Positions 1 to 12,429 of a stretch of DNA of 64,000 bases are shown here, piece by piece; within the stretch, counting starts at the first letter, position 1, and every line of letters begins with the position of its first letter. Below the pieces are notes generated by a model. The model was not told where the DNA came from, made no database searches, and worked only from the letters and a program-made list of their open reading frames with translations. The position numbers and the translations under genes were made by a program. This DNA comes from Octopus sinensis (Eukaryota): positions 310,001-374,000 of the forward strand of contig NC_043000.1 in NCBI RefSeq assembly GCF_006345805.1, read 5' to 3'.

Positions 1-351
1 GTTTCTGTGTGTCTGTTGCTTGTACCCTCACTCTGACCACGGCTTTCAACCGATTCTGATGAAACTTGACACACACATAGCCAATGTCATAATCAAAAAC
101 TAACGCAGCGAAAATTTTGAAAAGTTCCCCCAGTTCTGAAAAAAATCGATAAATTCGATATGGGGTCGAGAATAAAAAAAAAACAACCACAGGACTGTCT
201 AGGGGACGCCAACTCAACCTTCTTTTACTCTCAAAAAAAAATTTACCATCATTTTTTTTCCATTTTTTGCTATTTTTTGGCTATAACTCTCTAAAAATGC
301 TTCTATAGTTATTTCCCTTACAACCTGAGCAACGCCGGGCGATACTGCTAG
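1..351 (+). mobile_element. Non-autonomous Helitron, 5' end cut by window edge
   Basis: Ends GCAACGCCGGGCGATACTG-CTAG|T (subterminal hairpin plus CTAG). First ~230 bp match the 5' part of the 944-2373 element; last ~120 bp match the 11784/25719 family. Confidence 0.8.
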
Positions 352-607
352 TAAATGAATAAATCCGCCGAAGCAAATGGAGATCCATTTCTTGAACTTA
401 TAATCCAATAGTTGTGAAGGCATGAATGTGTACTTAAGAAGTTCATTTGCAACAATTTGGTTTCGAGTTCAAAGCCACTGCGCAGCACCTTGAGCAAGCT
501 TTTTATGTTGTTGTACCAAACGACCAATTTTTTGTGATTGAATTTGGTATAGGGATTCTTTGTGGAAGGTCCTCATATATATATATTATATATATATATA
601 TATATAT

Positions 608-920
608 CACGTGTTCACGTGACCGACTATCAGGCTATCTGACGTTGCTACACATCGCTGGTCAGAATTCACTTCGCATTGTTTTAGCCTTCAAATGACA
701 TCACCTCGCTGGCTAAGCGAGCAGGCCAACAGAAGAAAGAGTGAGAGAAAGTTGTGGCGAAAGAGTACAGCAGAGATCGCCACCATCCCCTGCCGGAGCC
801 TCGTGGAGCTTTTAGGTGTTTTCGCTCAATAAACTCTCACAACGCTCGGTCTGGGAATCGAAAGCGCGATCCTACGACCGCGAATCCACTGCCCTATTCA
901 CTGGGCCATTGCGCCTCCAC
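608..920 (-). mobile_element. tRNA-derived SINE, family A, tail type 1
   Basis: Minus strand begins GTGGAGGCGCAATGGCCCAGTG..GGTTTCGATTCCC-like (A/B-box head); near-identical copy at 26555-26865. Confidence 0.85.
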
Positions 921-943
921 CATATATATATATATATATTCTA

Positions 944-2373
944 CTAGCAGCATAGCCCGGCGTTGCCCGGATATGTAAGAGCCCCAAGTAGGCAACGACT
1001 AATCCCAATCTAGTCCTTTCCCTCTAGGGAACGAAGGCGCATGTGTAGGTTGCAATGTCTTCTCTTCACTCGAATACTTCTGTGTATACGATGTTCCTAG
1101 CTATCCCTTTGGGCGAAAACATGAAAATATCATTGCGTGAACAGCCCACGTAGAGCTGACCGTGGGCGAAGCACTGTTCGACCAAATGTAACCCAGCGAC
1201 TTGTAGCATTTGGCCTTGGGATTTATTGGGTGGCATTTTGGTGGATAGCAATGTATTTGGCAAAGGTGTAATAAAAAGGAACACGTGGGGTAAGTATTTT
1301 GGTGGATAGCAATGTGTTTGGCAAAGGTGTAATAAAAAGAACACGTGGGGTAAGTATCCCAAAATGTATAAAAATTTACAAAAACCGGCAAAAAAGCGGG
1401 CAGCAATGTGAGTGACAACAACGAAAAAGTCAAAAGTGACCAAACTGAACAAACGAATGGAAAAGGTTTTTTTGGAGCACACGACAAAAGCGGCTTAAAA
1501 ACCAAGAGTTTTGCAAGTAGCGTCCGGGACCCTTAGGGTACGTCAAAAATTTAAGGTAAAACGTTTTGGGTGGTAGTTATAAAGAAAGTTTAAACAAAAA
1601 AGTATTCGAATAACTTGCGGCTGCAGCAGCTATTAGCAGAAGTGGCGTGTTTGGGTAAGTCTCGAATGTAATTCTCCTTCTGGGAGGAATTGTTTGGGTT
1701 GAATTATCGATAGCTGTTTGATCGTGTAAGATTTGGGAGTGTAAGAGAGTTAAAAAGGTCGATTGCGCCCCTAGACAGTATGTGGTTTGTGTTTAATACA
1801 CAAATCAGTTTGCTATGTGTGCCACATATGATTAATTAACCGATTTTTTCCAGTAATAAAGTATCCTATTGGAATAAAAAGGGCCATATAGCTCCTTGGA
1901 GCAGACGTGATGCTCGCTGTGAATTTAAAAATGAAATTCCTGCCAATTTGTGAAGATATTGTCGAAAATATGTCATCTTGAATTTGAACGCGATTTCCCA
2001 AAATGGCATGATTTTATCGATTTTTTCTGATGGAAGGTATTGCATGGAAACTAACGTCAGAATTAAGTTCTTAGGGTAACATTAAGCTTCACCATGAGTT
2101 TGGTGAAAATAATTTGCAAGTTGCGAAAACTACAAGAAAATGTGTTGCATATAAAAAGCTTAGATTCTCGACCCCATGTCGAATTTATCAATTTTTTTCA
2201 GAACTGGGGGAACTTTTCAAAATTTTCCCTGCGTTAGTTTTGAATTATGACATTGGGCTATGTGTGTGTCAAGTTTCAGCAGAATCGGTTGAAAGCCGTG
2301 GTCAGGGTGAGGGTACAACCTGACAGACACACAGACACACACACAGACAAACTGCCGTTTATATAGAGAGAGA
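944..2373 (-). mobile_element. Internally deleted Helitron with RepHel helicase remnant
   Basis: Minus strand A|TC...CTAG|T termini, 3' hairpin CGGGCAACGCCGGG, (CTGT/GT)n near the 5' end. Confidence 0.85.
1066..1225 (-). pseudogene. C-terminus of Helitron PIF1-like helicase
   Basis: NKSQGQMLQVAGLHLVEQCFAHGQLYVGCSR...NIVYTEVFE* matches PIF1 motifs V/VI (KSQGQ..FSHGQLYVALSR) and the usual Helitron NxVYxEV end. Confidence 0.85.
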
Positions 2374-2569
2374 TTATCAGAAACGCGCGTCCATGGATGA
2401 CCAGATATTGATTGATTTTCGTTGCTTTACTCTCTGCTTGTGTGAATTGTCTCCAAGTATTTTGGTTTCTCTGGGAGACCCCTTTTAAAGTAGAATAGCT
2501 AAGATTTTTGGCTGCTATTTCTAAACTTCGGTGTGTGGTGAAGCAAATCTTTGCTGAACCCTTTTATTA

Positions 2570-2583
2570 GTATATATATATAT

Positions 2584-2634
<51 letters not shown>

Positions 2635-2886
2635 CATGTATGTATGTATGCATGTATTATCAATCACACATGATCAGTATATGTGTTCACCGGATTCACA
2701 GTGGTATAGCGTCTCGGGTCGATTCCCTCATAAAGCTGTGTTAAGAAAACTGAAACAACTTGCCTCAGGAGTGATACCGATATTTCGCCATTTTAGTAGC
2801 TTATCAACATCAAGTATATCCATCCATCCGTCCGTCCATCCATCCATCCATCCATCCATCCATCCATCCATCCATCCTCCATACAT

Positions 2887-2923
<37 letters not shown>

Positions 2924-2930
2924 TGCACAC
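2570..2930. repeat. Compound microsatellites (TG)n/(TATG)n and (CATC)n/(CATA)n/(CA)n
   Basis: Directly visible. Confidence 0.95.
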
Positions 2931-3144
2931 GAGAGTACGTGAGCGTGTCTTTGTGGTCTTCGTTTCCTCACCGAGTGACAACTATAATTGATTAACGGTT
3001 CAGCAAAAGAGAGCGATAGAATTCGTACCAAATTCAAAGTAAGTACTGGGATCAATTTGCTCGACAGAACACTTCTAGGCGTTGGTCCAGCATGGCCATA
3101 GTCCAATGACAGAAACACGTAAATGATGAACCATAAATATATAA

Positions 3145-3374
3145 TTCTTTACTACCCACAAGGGGCGAAACATAGAGGGGACAAACAAGGACAGACAAAG
3201 GGATTAAGTTGATTACATCGACCTCAGGGCGAAACTGGTACTTTATTTATCGACCCCCAAAGGATGAAAGGCAAAGTCGACCTCGGCGGAATTTGAACTC
3301 AGAACGTAACGACAGACGAAATACCGCTAAGCATTTCGCCCGGCGCGATAACGTTTCTGCCAGATCGCCGCCTT
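3145..3374 (-). mobile_element. tRNA-derived SINE, family C, with 16-bp TSD
   Basis: Head AAGGCGGCGA.CTGGCAGAA; central GTCGACTTTGCCTTTCATCC.TT.GGGGTCGATAAA (resembles the MetaSINE domain, from memory); TSD ATGAACCATAAATATA at 3126-3141 and 3375-3390. Confidence 0.85.
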
Positions 3375-3805
3375 ATGAACCATAAATATAGTGAACGTAT
3401 TCAGTCGAATGCTTAAGAAGCTTGCTTCGCAATCTTGAATCTCCTGTTTCGATCTGACCGCGCGTCATCTCTTTTATTTATGGTAATTACTACAACTCTT
3501 CTTATCCATTCCTTCTTAGTGAAAATGGGTTGACGGAAATTTTGGAAGCCCGTCAAATGAACTCTATTCGTAATTCAAAAGCACAGCCTTGTTACCATCC
3601 TGATTTTGTCCTGAGAATTACATTAGTAACACAAATGTTTGCGGAATAATCAACCGCTTATAAAATAATTGCAGGAGTTTACTGTTTCATTGACCTAACA
3701 ATTCGAACAATCATCGTCGAAATCGACAGAGATCCATTTCATTGTAAAGCAATATTCTTACAATTATTTCACAATTCTTGAAATTTTGTCAATAAATAAA
3801 GTGGA

Positions 3806-4189
3806 TGGAAGCACTCCGTCGGTTACGACGATGAGGGTTCCGGTTGATCCGAATCAACGGAACAGCCTGCTCGTGAAATTAACGTGTAAGTGGCTGAGCA
3901 CTCCACAGACACGTGTACCCTTAACGTAGTTCTCGGGGATATTCAGCGTGACACAGAGAGTGACAAGGCCGGCCCTTTGAAATACAGGTACAACAGAAAC
4001 AGGAAGTAAGAGTGAGAGAAAGTTGTGGTGAAAGAGTACAGCAGCGATCACCACCATCCCCTGTCGGAGCCTCGTGGAGCTTTAGGTGTTTTCGCTCAAT
4101 AAACACTCACGCCACCCGGTCTGGGAATCGAAACCGTGATCCTATGACCGCGAGTCCGCTGCCCTAACCACTGGGCCATTGCCCCTCCA
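3806..4189 (-). mobile_element. tRNA-derived SINE, family A, tail type 2
   Basis: Same head as 608-920 with a different 3' half; near-identical to 23863-24247. Confidence 0.85.
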
Positions 4190-4879
4190 TAATACATAAA
4201 TAAAGTATCAGTTAAATACTGAGGTTGGTACAATCGACTGTACAAGCATGCAGGGAAAATATTACTTATATCATTATTAAATCCAATATTTTTATGTTCT
4301 CAGTTCAAATCCCATCAAGATCAGCTTAGCTTTCAACCCATTCCAGCGTCGATAACATTAAGTACCTGTCTAGCTTCTGGAAGCAAAGTATCAACGCGAC
4401 CACATTCTATAAGATTTTTATTTTTATGCCGAGAGTAGAAATAAACCCTGCTATTGGTAGTGTCGTTAGGCGGCGAGCTGACAGGATCGTCTTCCTATCG
4501 AGCAAAATTGCCTAGCGCAACTCTTTAAGGTATGTGTTCTGAGTTCAAATTCCGCCGAAATCGACTTTTTTCTTTTTTTTTTTTCGTTCTTTCGATGACG
4601 ATATGTGGAACTGAACCCGAAACCATGTGGTTAAGAAGCAAACTTCTTACAACGCAACCAAACCTGCGCCTATATATCCTTCTCTCTCTTTCTCTCTCTC
4701 TCTCTCTCTATATATGGTGCTCCAACATGACCATTGTCAGATGACTAAAACAAGTATAAGAATGAAAGAATATATAAATAAATAAAGGTATATACATGCA
4801 TATATATATATACATACATAAATAAATAATATATATAATCCTCCTTTGAGATTTTTTTTTTTTTTGTTTTTTGCACACC

Positions 4880-7500
4880 CACCCACACACACCCACCCAC
4901 CTCTGCCTCCACACGCAACACCCACCCACCTACCTCCCACACACACCCAACCACCTACCTCCCACACGCCTGTTCACACACAAACATACGTAGACCCATC
5001 TACGTACATACATTCACACATTTAATCACACACACTTACAGACATATAGCACACACTAACATACAAACCAACATGCAACATACACACACACTACATACAT
5101 ACGCACACACATACATACTTACACACACACCACACACACAGACATACATACATACACACACACATACATACGCACATACATACACAACACAACACACACA
5201 CACCGCAGGTACATACTTCACACACACACATGCAAACATACATGTAGGCACATACACATACATGCCCACACATGCACACCCTTAAACGAATGCCACACAC
5301 ACATACACCTTTTTGCATCCAGGCAGCCCCCCTCTTTTCTGCCTTCCGGTTTGGCTGATGGATCCTCGGTTCCCGCGTAGCGGGGCGTTCGAGGGCCTTT
5401 GCGCTCGCGCGCTTGGCGCGCGCTGGGGGCTTGGTCGGGCCCTTGGGCGTGCGTTGTACTGCTTGTGCGTTGTTGTGGCGTGAGCGCGCTTGTGCGTGTG
5501 GGCTTGCTTCGGATGTGCGCGTACGTATGTATGCATACATACCCACACACTCGCAGCATCCCTACCCACATACATACACGCACACCTACTCACACACACA
5601 CATACACACACATACCTGCACACACACACACATACATACATACACATACATACCTACTTCAGACAGACACACACAGACATATACACCATACACTCACACT
5701 CACACGCATACACACACACACATACACACGCACACGTACACATACACACACCAAAAACACCTACATACATTACACTTGTTACACACACACACACTTACAT
5801 TCATAACACACACACCTACACAGCCATACCCTCACTCAGACACACACATCTACCTACACACCACACACAAACACACACGGACAACCACCCATACATACAT
5901 ACATCAAACACACACGCCTACACACATAATACACACATACATAAACAACACACACACATACACATATACACACATACGCACACACACATTATACTTATAC
6001 ACATGCACACACACACACATACATACATACACCCATATACATACATACACACATACCCACATACTCCTATACGCACATACATACACAAAGGACATACAAC
6101 ACTTACACACTCACACAACATACACACCACAATACTTACACACACACTCACCCTGCACGCGCACACACATGCATGACAAACACCCATACACTCACACTCA
6201 CATACGCACACACCAACATAAACACGCACACGCACACACACACCTACACTCCCACACACATACACACGCACCTACATACACACACGCACGCATACACACG
6301 CATACACACATACATTACACACGTACACACACACCCACATACACATTGCATAACACACACACACAAACATGCACGGACACACCCAGACATACACACATTA
6401 CACCTATATACACACGCCCACACACCTACATACACACACATCTACACACGCCCACACACCTACATAAAACACATACATACACACACATACACACGGACAC
6501 ACCCACACATACTTACATACATACCCTACACACACGCCTACACACCACATACACACACATGCATACACACACACACACATGTACGCACATACACACACAT
6601 ATACGCACATTACATATATACCCACACACATGCACCACACACACACATACGCACATGCATGCATGCATGCACACGCGCCACACCTACACGCATACACACA
6701 CACAACACGCACGTACACATACATACATACACCACCGCATACATACACCATTACACATACATGCATCCGACACACACATACATACACACTCACAACATAC
6801 ATACACACACACACACTCACTCACACACACACACACACGGACATACATCTATACACACATACATACACAAATACTCACATACATTCATCGGACACACTGC
6901 CACCCAGACATACACACAGACACACACACATCACACACACATACATACTTACGCGCATACTCGCAGGCACGCGCGACATACGCACTTGCGCCGGCTCGCG
7001 CTGCATACGCGCCGCATACACCTCGCCTTGGACCTGACGAGAACTCCCGCCCGTTCCTGGGACCGTCGCGTGTCGGGTTTTCCCACGCCTGTCTCCGCAG
7101 GTTACCACTCTTCATCTTCCCCTCAGCTGGAGTCCTTTACTTAACCCCCCCCCCCCTTTTTCGTTACACACACGGCGCAAACATATACACACCTTGCCTA
7201 TATATAACATCACTCTTACACACATTCAATCTACTCGCCATTAATACCACCACGACACTGGACACACACACACCTACTACTCAACACACGCTGGCACGCT
7301 ACATACGCCCACCCCTTCCCCTCCCTCCCTTCCTCCTTCCTTCTTTTCTTACTACTGACATGTCTGCTAGCTGACCACTAGTCTCGCCCTAACTCACACG
7401 CCTACACACAGACGCACACACTAACACACACATATTTTTTTGTTTTCATCTCGCCTCACACACACAATACACACGCACACGCACACACTCACAAATACAC
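4880..7500. repeat. Very long degenerate (CA)/(CATA)-rich simple-sequence tract
   Basis: Directly visible; generates the spurious His/Thr and Val/Cys ORFs. Confidence 0.95.
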
Positions 7501-7639
7501 AAAATCTGTTGGGTGACCAACCTTGTCTCCACTCTTTTGCCTTTAAAACCCAACTTTGCTCTTGTTATCGTCAACATCCGCCTTGAACCATGTTGCAACT
7601 CGTAAACACCAGTCGTCTTTGTTCTCTTTCCCTGTTGCC

Positions 7640-7821
7640 CGCTCTGGGATCTTTCTTTCCTCTCTCTTTCCTTCTTTATGTTTCCGCCCGAGAGCTCCGC
7701 TCGAAACGTCATACCTCCCTGCTTCCATCTTCTGAGCGCCTATTAATAATAATACTGTAAGGTTCCTGTTGTTGTTGTTTTTTGTTTCCTTTTGGATTAA
7801 AATTATATAATATATATATAG

Positions 7822-7830
<9 letters not shown>
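7640..7830 (+). mobile_element. Penelope-like pLTR fragment with degenerate hammerhead motif
   Basis: GAGC-TCC-GCTC-GAAACGTC followed by a T-rich tail ending in (TA)n; homologous to 21495-21665. Confidence 0.55.
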
Positions 7831-7870
<40 letters not shown>

Positions 7871-8279
7871 GATATGTATGTGATATATTATAATCCCTCT
7901 TATAGTATTAAAGAAAGTTTGATTTCGGTGGCGGAATGGAGCAGAAATCGGATGCAATTTCTGGAAGGTCAGGAAAAAAAACTCACCGAACTTCTCTTTG
8001 TTAGGCGACTCTTTCAGTTGCTGGTAGCTGTTGTCATAGACGTAGTTGGAAATTATATAGGAGAATGTGTTAGTGGTTGTCTCTTTTTATAGAATCAACA
8101 CAGCTGTACTGTAACAGAAGCACTAAAAATATTTAGTTGTACTTTAACACCGCAACAAATATTTTTGTGTTTACACCCATAGACATATATATACACGCTA
8201 TGCGGATATGTTGTGGGTATATGTTGTAAGTGACTGTTACTGAACGTTGGTTCTTGCGTTGCATGATTTGTATATCTGC

Positions 8280-9120
8280 ACTTTAAGCATTCTTACTTCG
8301 AGCAAACACACACACACACACACATCTACATGTATGTATGTATGAGTACATAAATACATTCATACATACATATATATATACATATATATATATATATATT
8401 ATACACCACACCACACACACAATATATATATATATATATAATACACACACCACACACATATATATATATATATATACACTATACACACACACACCACACA
8501 TATATATATATATATATATATGTATTTATATACATATATTCGTATACGTATGAATAAATACAAGCATACTAATGTATTAATGCATATATATATATATGCA
8601 TACGCAGGCATACATCTGTGTATCTATATATGTACACAACACATCACATACATCCACGAGTATATACGTACATACATACATATATACATACATACTCACA
8701 TACACACACATACATTTGTATCTTTACATACGTGTTATATATATATATGTATGTACATATATATGCCATCTATGCATGTGTATATATACATATATGTGTA
8801 TAATATATATATATATATTATATATATATGTATGTATGTATATATATATATGTAATGTATGTATGTATGTAGTATGTATGTATGTATGTATGTATGTATG
8901 CGCCTTTGTGCGTGTGTGAGTGTTTGTGTCGTTTGCGTGTGTATATATATATATATATGTATTCACACTTAATATGTATGTACAATTGTTCATGTAAATT
9001 AATAGCTTAAGCAATAAATTTGTGTATATGTGTATAAAATACATTCGTATGCGTCAGTGTGTGTATGAATGTTTGTTTGTATGTGTGTGTGTGTGTGTAT
9101 ATGTGTATGTGTGTATTTAT
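8280..9120. repeat. Mixed (TA)n/(CA)n/(TATG)n microsatellites
   Basis: Directly visible. Confidence 0.95.
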
Positions 9121-9404
9121 GTCTGCCTCATTCAATGTTAATGGGAAGCTAGTCCGTTCCCACCCTAATCTAATATAACTGACACAAATCGTTTCCAACT
9201 GAACTGCCAACTCCTTTTGTACCGAAATTTCTGGAAGTTCTGCCTTAACACTACTGTCAGAAATAACTGTTTCTCGTGAAGGAAGATCAGAAAATCTGCT
9301 GCATTGGGAAGTTCAGGCAAAACAGGCGCTGACAGCACGGAACCCTGCCGCACCGTACCGCACTAACCGACCCACGACTCCATGGACTTAAGCACAATAA
9401 TAAT

Positions 9405-9446
<42 letters not shown>

Positions 9447-9706
9447 CTTTTACTTGTTTCAGTCATTTGACTGCGGCCATGCTGGAACACCGCCTTTTAG
9501 TCGAGCAAATCGACCCCAGGACTTATTCTCTGTAAGCCTAGTACTTATTCTATCGTTCTCTTTTGCCGAACCGCTAAGTTACGGCGACGTAAGCACACCA
9601 GCATCGGTTGTCGAGCGATGTTGGGTGGACGAACACAGAGACACAAACATATACACACACATATATATATATACATATATAGGACGGGCTTCTTTCAGTT
9701 TCCGTC
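9447..9706 (-). mobile_element. SINE family B, 3' part
   Basis: Reverse complement of the family-B body and tail (GACTAAA-GGCGGTG.TCCAGCATGGCCGCAGTCAAATGACTGAAACAAGTAAAAGAG). Confidence 0.85.
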
Positions 9707-9709
9707 TAA

Positions 9710-10282
9710 GTAAAACATCGATGATGACCAAACTGTAAAGATCTTTGGGTGTATCTCCATTGAGTGTAATATCATGACGCCTCACATATTTGAACGGAGC
9801 CTTAGGCCCAATTCCGATGGCTTTGTGGATCTACTGGAGATTGTGGTTAAACTCTGGTCGGAAAGGGTTACTGCTGGAAGGCCGTGTGTGACAGCAAGAT
9901 TAGTTTCTTTGCTATACTTCCAGAAAGAGTCAGAAGTGACTCTTTTGTCAAAGATTTTGTCAGAGATTTTGTCAGAGATTTTGTCAGAGATTTTGTCAGA
10001 GATTTTGTCAGAGATTTTGTCAAAGAATTTCTACGGTTTCACCAGCTCCAATTTCTGGCCTCCGATTTTCCTCCACTGTGATCCAGTCTCATGGATTACT
10101 ATGTGTGGAGCACGGTTGAGAAAGACGCCACCCGCTCTGCATGCAATACCAAGGTTGAGTTGATGACCAAGATCGAGGAAGTGTTCGAAGATCCTCCCAA
10201 GGACACGGTGAGGAACGAATGCACCAGGTTCCAGAGCCGTCTTGAGGCTGTGGTAGAAGCTGAAGGGACCTACTTTGAATAA
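9710..10282 (+). pseudogene. Tc1/mariner transposase C-terminal remnant (maT/DD37D-like)
   Basis: Broken frames give FGCIS..IMTPHIFE..AGRP.V*QQD..NF..WPP....NP.DYYVWSTVEKD...CTRFQSRLEAVVEAEGTYFE*; stops and frameshifts present. Confidence 0.8.
9943..10026 (+). repeat. 12-bp tandem repeat TTTTGTCAGAGA x7
   Basis: Seven counted units; first and last read TTTTGTCAAAGA. Confidence 0.95.
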
Positions 10283-10399
10283 AATGACATCTCCCAGCCA
10301 GAATCTAGTTAACTTTTCCTGATATTTTAAAATTCTGTTATTTTTGAATGAAATATTGTTTTCTTTTTCTCTTATACAAACTTAAAATTTAGCCTTACG

Positions 10400-10780
10400 T
10401 TTTTCCTCATCATTCCCTTCCGATATCTTGTGCTTTCTTGACAAGTCGGAACTTTCGCTCTCAACTTTTGCAAACGGCAATCCAGCGTCTGGGCTGAATG
10501 CTAGCATTACGTAGCTATAAGGTGGTATTCGATGTCGAACTATTTCGTTTTCTTCCTTCGTATCACCTCAGTAATGCTGTATGTCATATGAAAAGTATTT
10601 CCTATGGAAATGCTTCTAAGCTTATGTTGTAATGATATCCTAATATTGACCGTAAATACTACATTTCTAAGTCTTCCAAGCTGTATTTATCTTCAGACTC
10701 TTAGGGTCCGTGCTTCGAAGTGTAGGTTGCCACTGGGAAAATCTGGGCGTTGTACAGATTAATTTTGAGTAGCTGTCTGA
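10400..10780 (-). pseudogene. Decayed LINE (RTE/L2-like) ORF2 C-terminal fragment
   Basis: Minus strand reads K.NLYNAQIFPVATY..E..LEM*YLRSILG..EVIRRKK.K*F, resembling the post-RT LY..I.P...Y..E.W..FEM..LR.ILG..IR.R.L.WFGH region. Confidence 0.5.
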
Positions 10781-10899
10781 TATCTCACTTGTTCCATATC
10801 GTGTTTCTTCGTCTTCTGCACACAAGCGTGCGTGTGTGTGTTCACATCAATGTTCATAGTTACATCAGTCTAAAAACTGTTGGCGTTAGTTTTATAGGT

Positions 10900-11548
10900 T
10901 TCAAATTTTGACACAAGGCCAGCAAGTTTAGGAAGGGAGATAAGTCGATTGTATCGACCCTAATGCTCAACTGGTTTTTATTTCATCAAATCCAAGTGAA
11001 TGAAAGGCAAAGTCGACTTCCGGACGTAAGGACAGACGAAATACTGCCAAGAATTTTACCCGGCGGGATAATGATTCTGCCAGTTCGCCGCCTTAAACTG
11101 GTGCCACATTGATTTCAAATTTTAGCACAAGGCCAGCAAGTTCAGGAGAATGACTAAGTCGGTTACATCGATCCCAATGTTCAACTGGTATTTATTTTAT
11201 CGACCCACAAAAGGATAAAAAACAAGGCCGACTTCAGCGGAATTTGAACTCTGAACATAAAAGACGAACGAAATGCCGATAATAAAAAATTTTCCCGTCG
11301 TGCTATAACGATTCTATTTCTTTACTACCCACAAGGGATTACACACAGAGGAGACAAACAAGGACAGACAAACGGATTAAGTCGATTATATCGACCCCAG
11401 TGCGTAACTGGTTCTAAATTTATCGACCCCGAAAGGATGAAAGGCAAAGTCGACCTCGGCGGAATTTGAACTCACAACGTAACGGCAGACGAAATACGGC
11501 TACGCATTTCGCCCGGCGTGCTAACGGTCCTGCCAGCTCGCCGCCTTA
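10900..11548 (-). mobile_element. Cluster of three SINE family C copies/fragments
   Basis: Repeated CGACC..GAAAGGATGAAAGGCAAAGTCGAC..CGGAATTTGAACTC blocks, each ending CGCCGCCTT on the + strand. Confidence 0.8.
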
Positions 11549-11733
11549 AACTGTTGTTAGTTATATTGAGCCCCTTTATGTCACGTGACACCCTCAACGT
11601 GCATTTCTCCGTAGCAGCTATTTATGATAAAGGACCCGAAATACCTGTTGCATGGTAGCAGGGCCTGCAAGAAATAGCAGCCAAATCTTTACTTTGGGGG
11701 GGGGAAGGAGCCGTTTATGCGTGATTTCTATGT

Positions 11734-11777
<44 letters not shown>

Positions 11778-11783
11778 CATATA

Positions 11784-12088
11784 CTAGCAGTATCGCCCGG
11801 CGTTGCTCGGGTTTGTAAGGGAAATAACTATATAAGCATTTTTAGAGAGTTACTTCCCTTATATAGAACCGAGTAAAAAATGCATTAAAAAACAAAACAA
11901 ATGATGGTAATTTTTTTAAAAATCGTAGACTCATTGTAGACGTGCGCTAATACCCAGAAGGGCTCGATATGAATCACGACTATAAGATACCCGCTTTTGG
12001 TTAAACTGGACCGCAAAATGTGGGAGTAGTTAGGAATCTAAATCGAAGGGGACAGACACTCACACAACTACAGTTTTATATATGAAGA
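11784..12088 (-). mobile_element. Non-autonomous Helitron (~305 bp family)
   Basis: A|TC...CTAG|T on minus strand; homologous to 25719-26020 and the three copies in 48.4-53.1 kb. A second 5' terminus lies at 12385-12418. Confidence 0.85.
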
Positions 12089-12429
12089 TTAGCAGAATAC
12101 AGAAGCTAACCAAATAAACATGACATGCAATTTTGAAATGACACAAAACATTAGTTACATTGGTTTCACGCTTTGGCAGAAGACCAGCAATTTCATGGGA
12201 GTGGGTAAGTCGGTTAAATTGACTTCAGTCCTTTAATGATTCTTATTTTATCGACACCGAAAGGATGAAAGGCAAAGCCGACCTCAGCGGAATTTCACCT
12301 CAGAACGTAAGGACGGACGAAATACCGCTAAGCATTCTGCCCGCCTTCAGACTTTGGTAGTATTACGGCCGAGCCTACGTCTTTCTCACACACACAACTT
12401 CAGTTTTATATATAAAGATATATAATTAA

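Noticed and set aside
7030-7065. CTGACGA-GAAC..GTTC hammerhead-like start
   Set aside because: No GAAA, stem III or stem I follows.
5413-7374. 653-aa His/Thr-rich ORF and overlapping long ORFs
   Set aside because: Translation of a (CA)-rich tract, which lacks stop codons in several frames.
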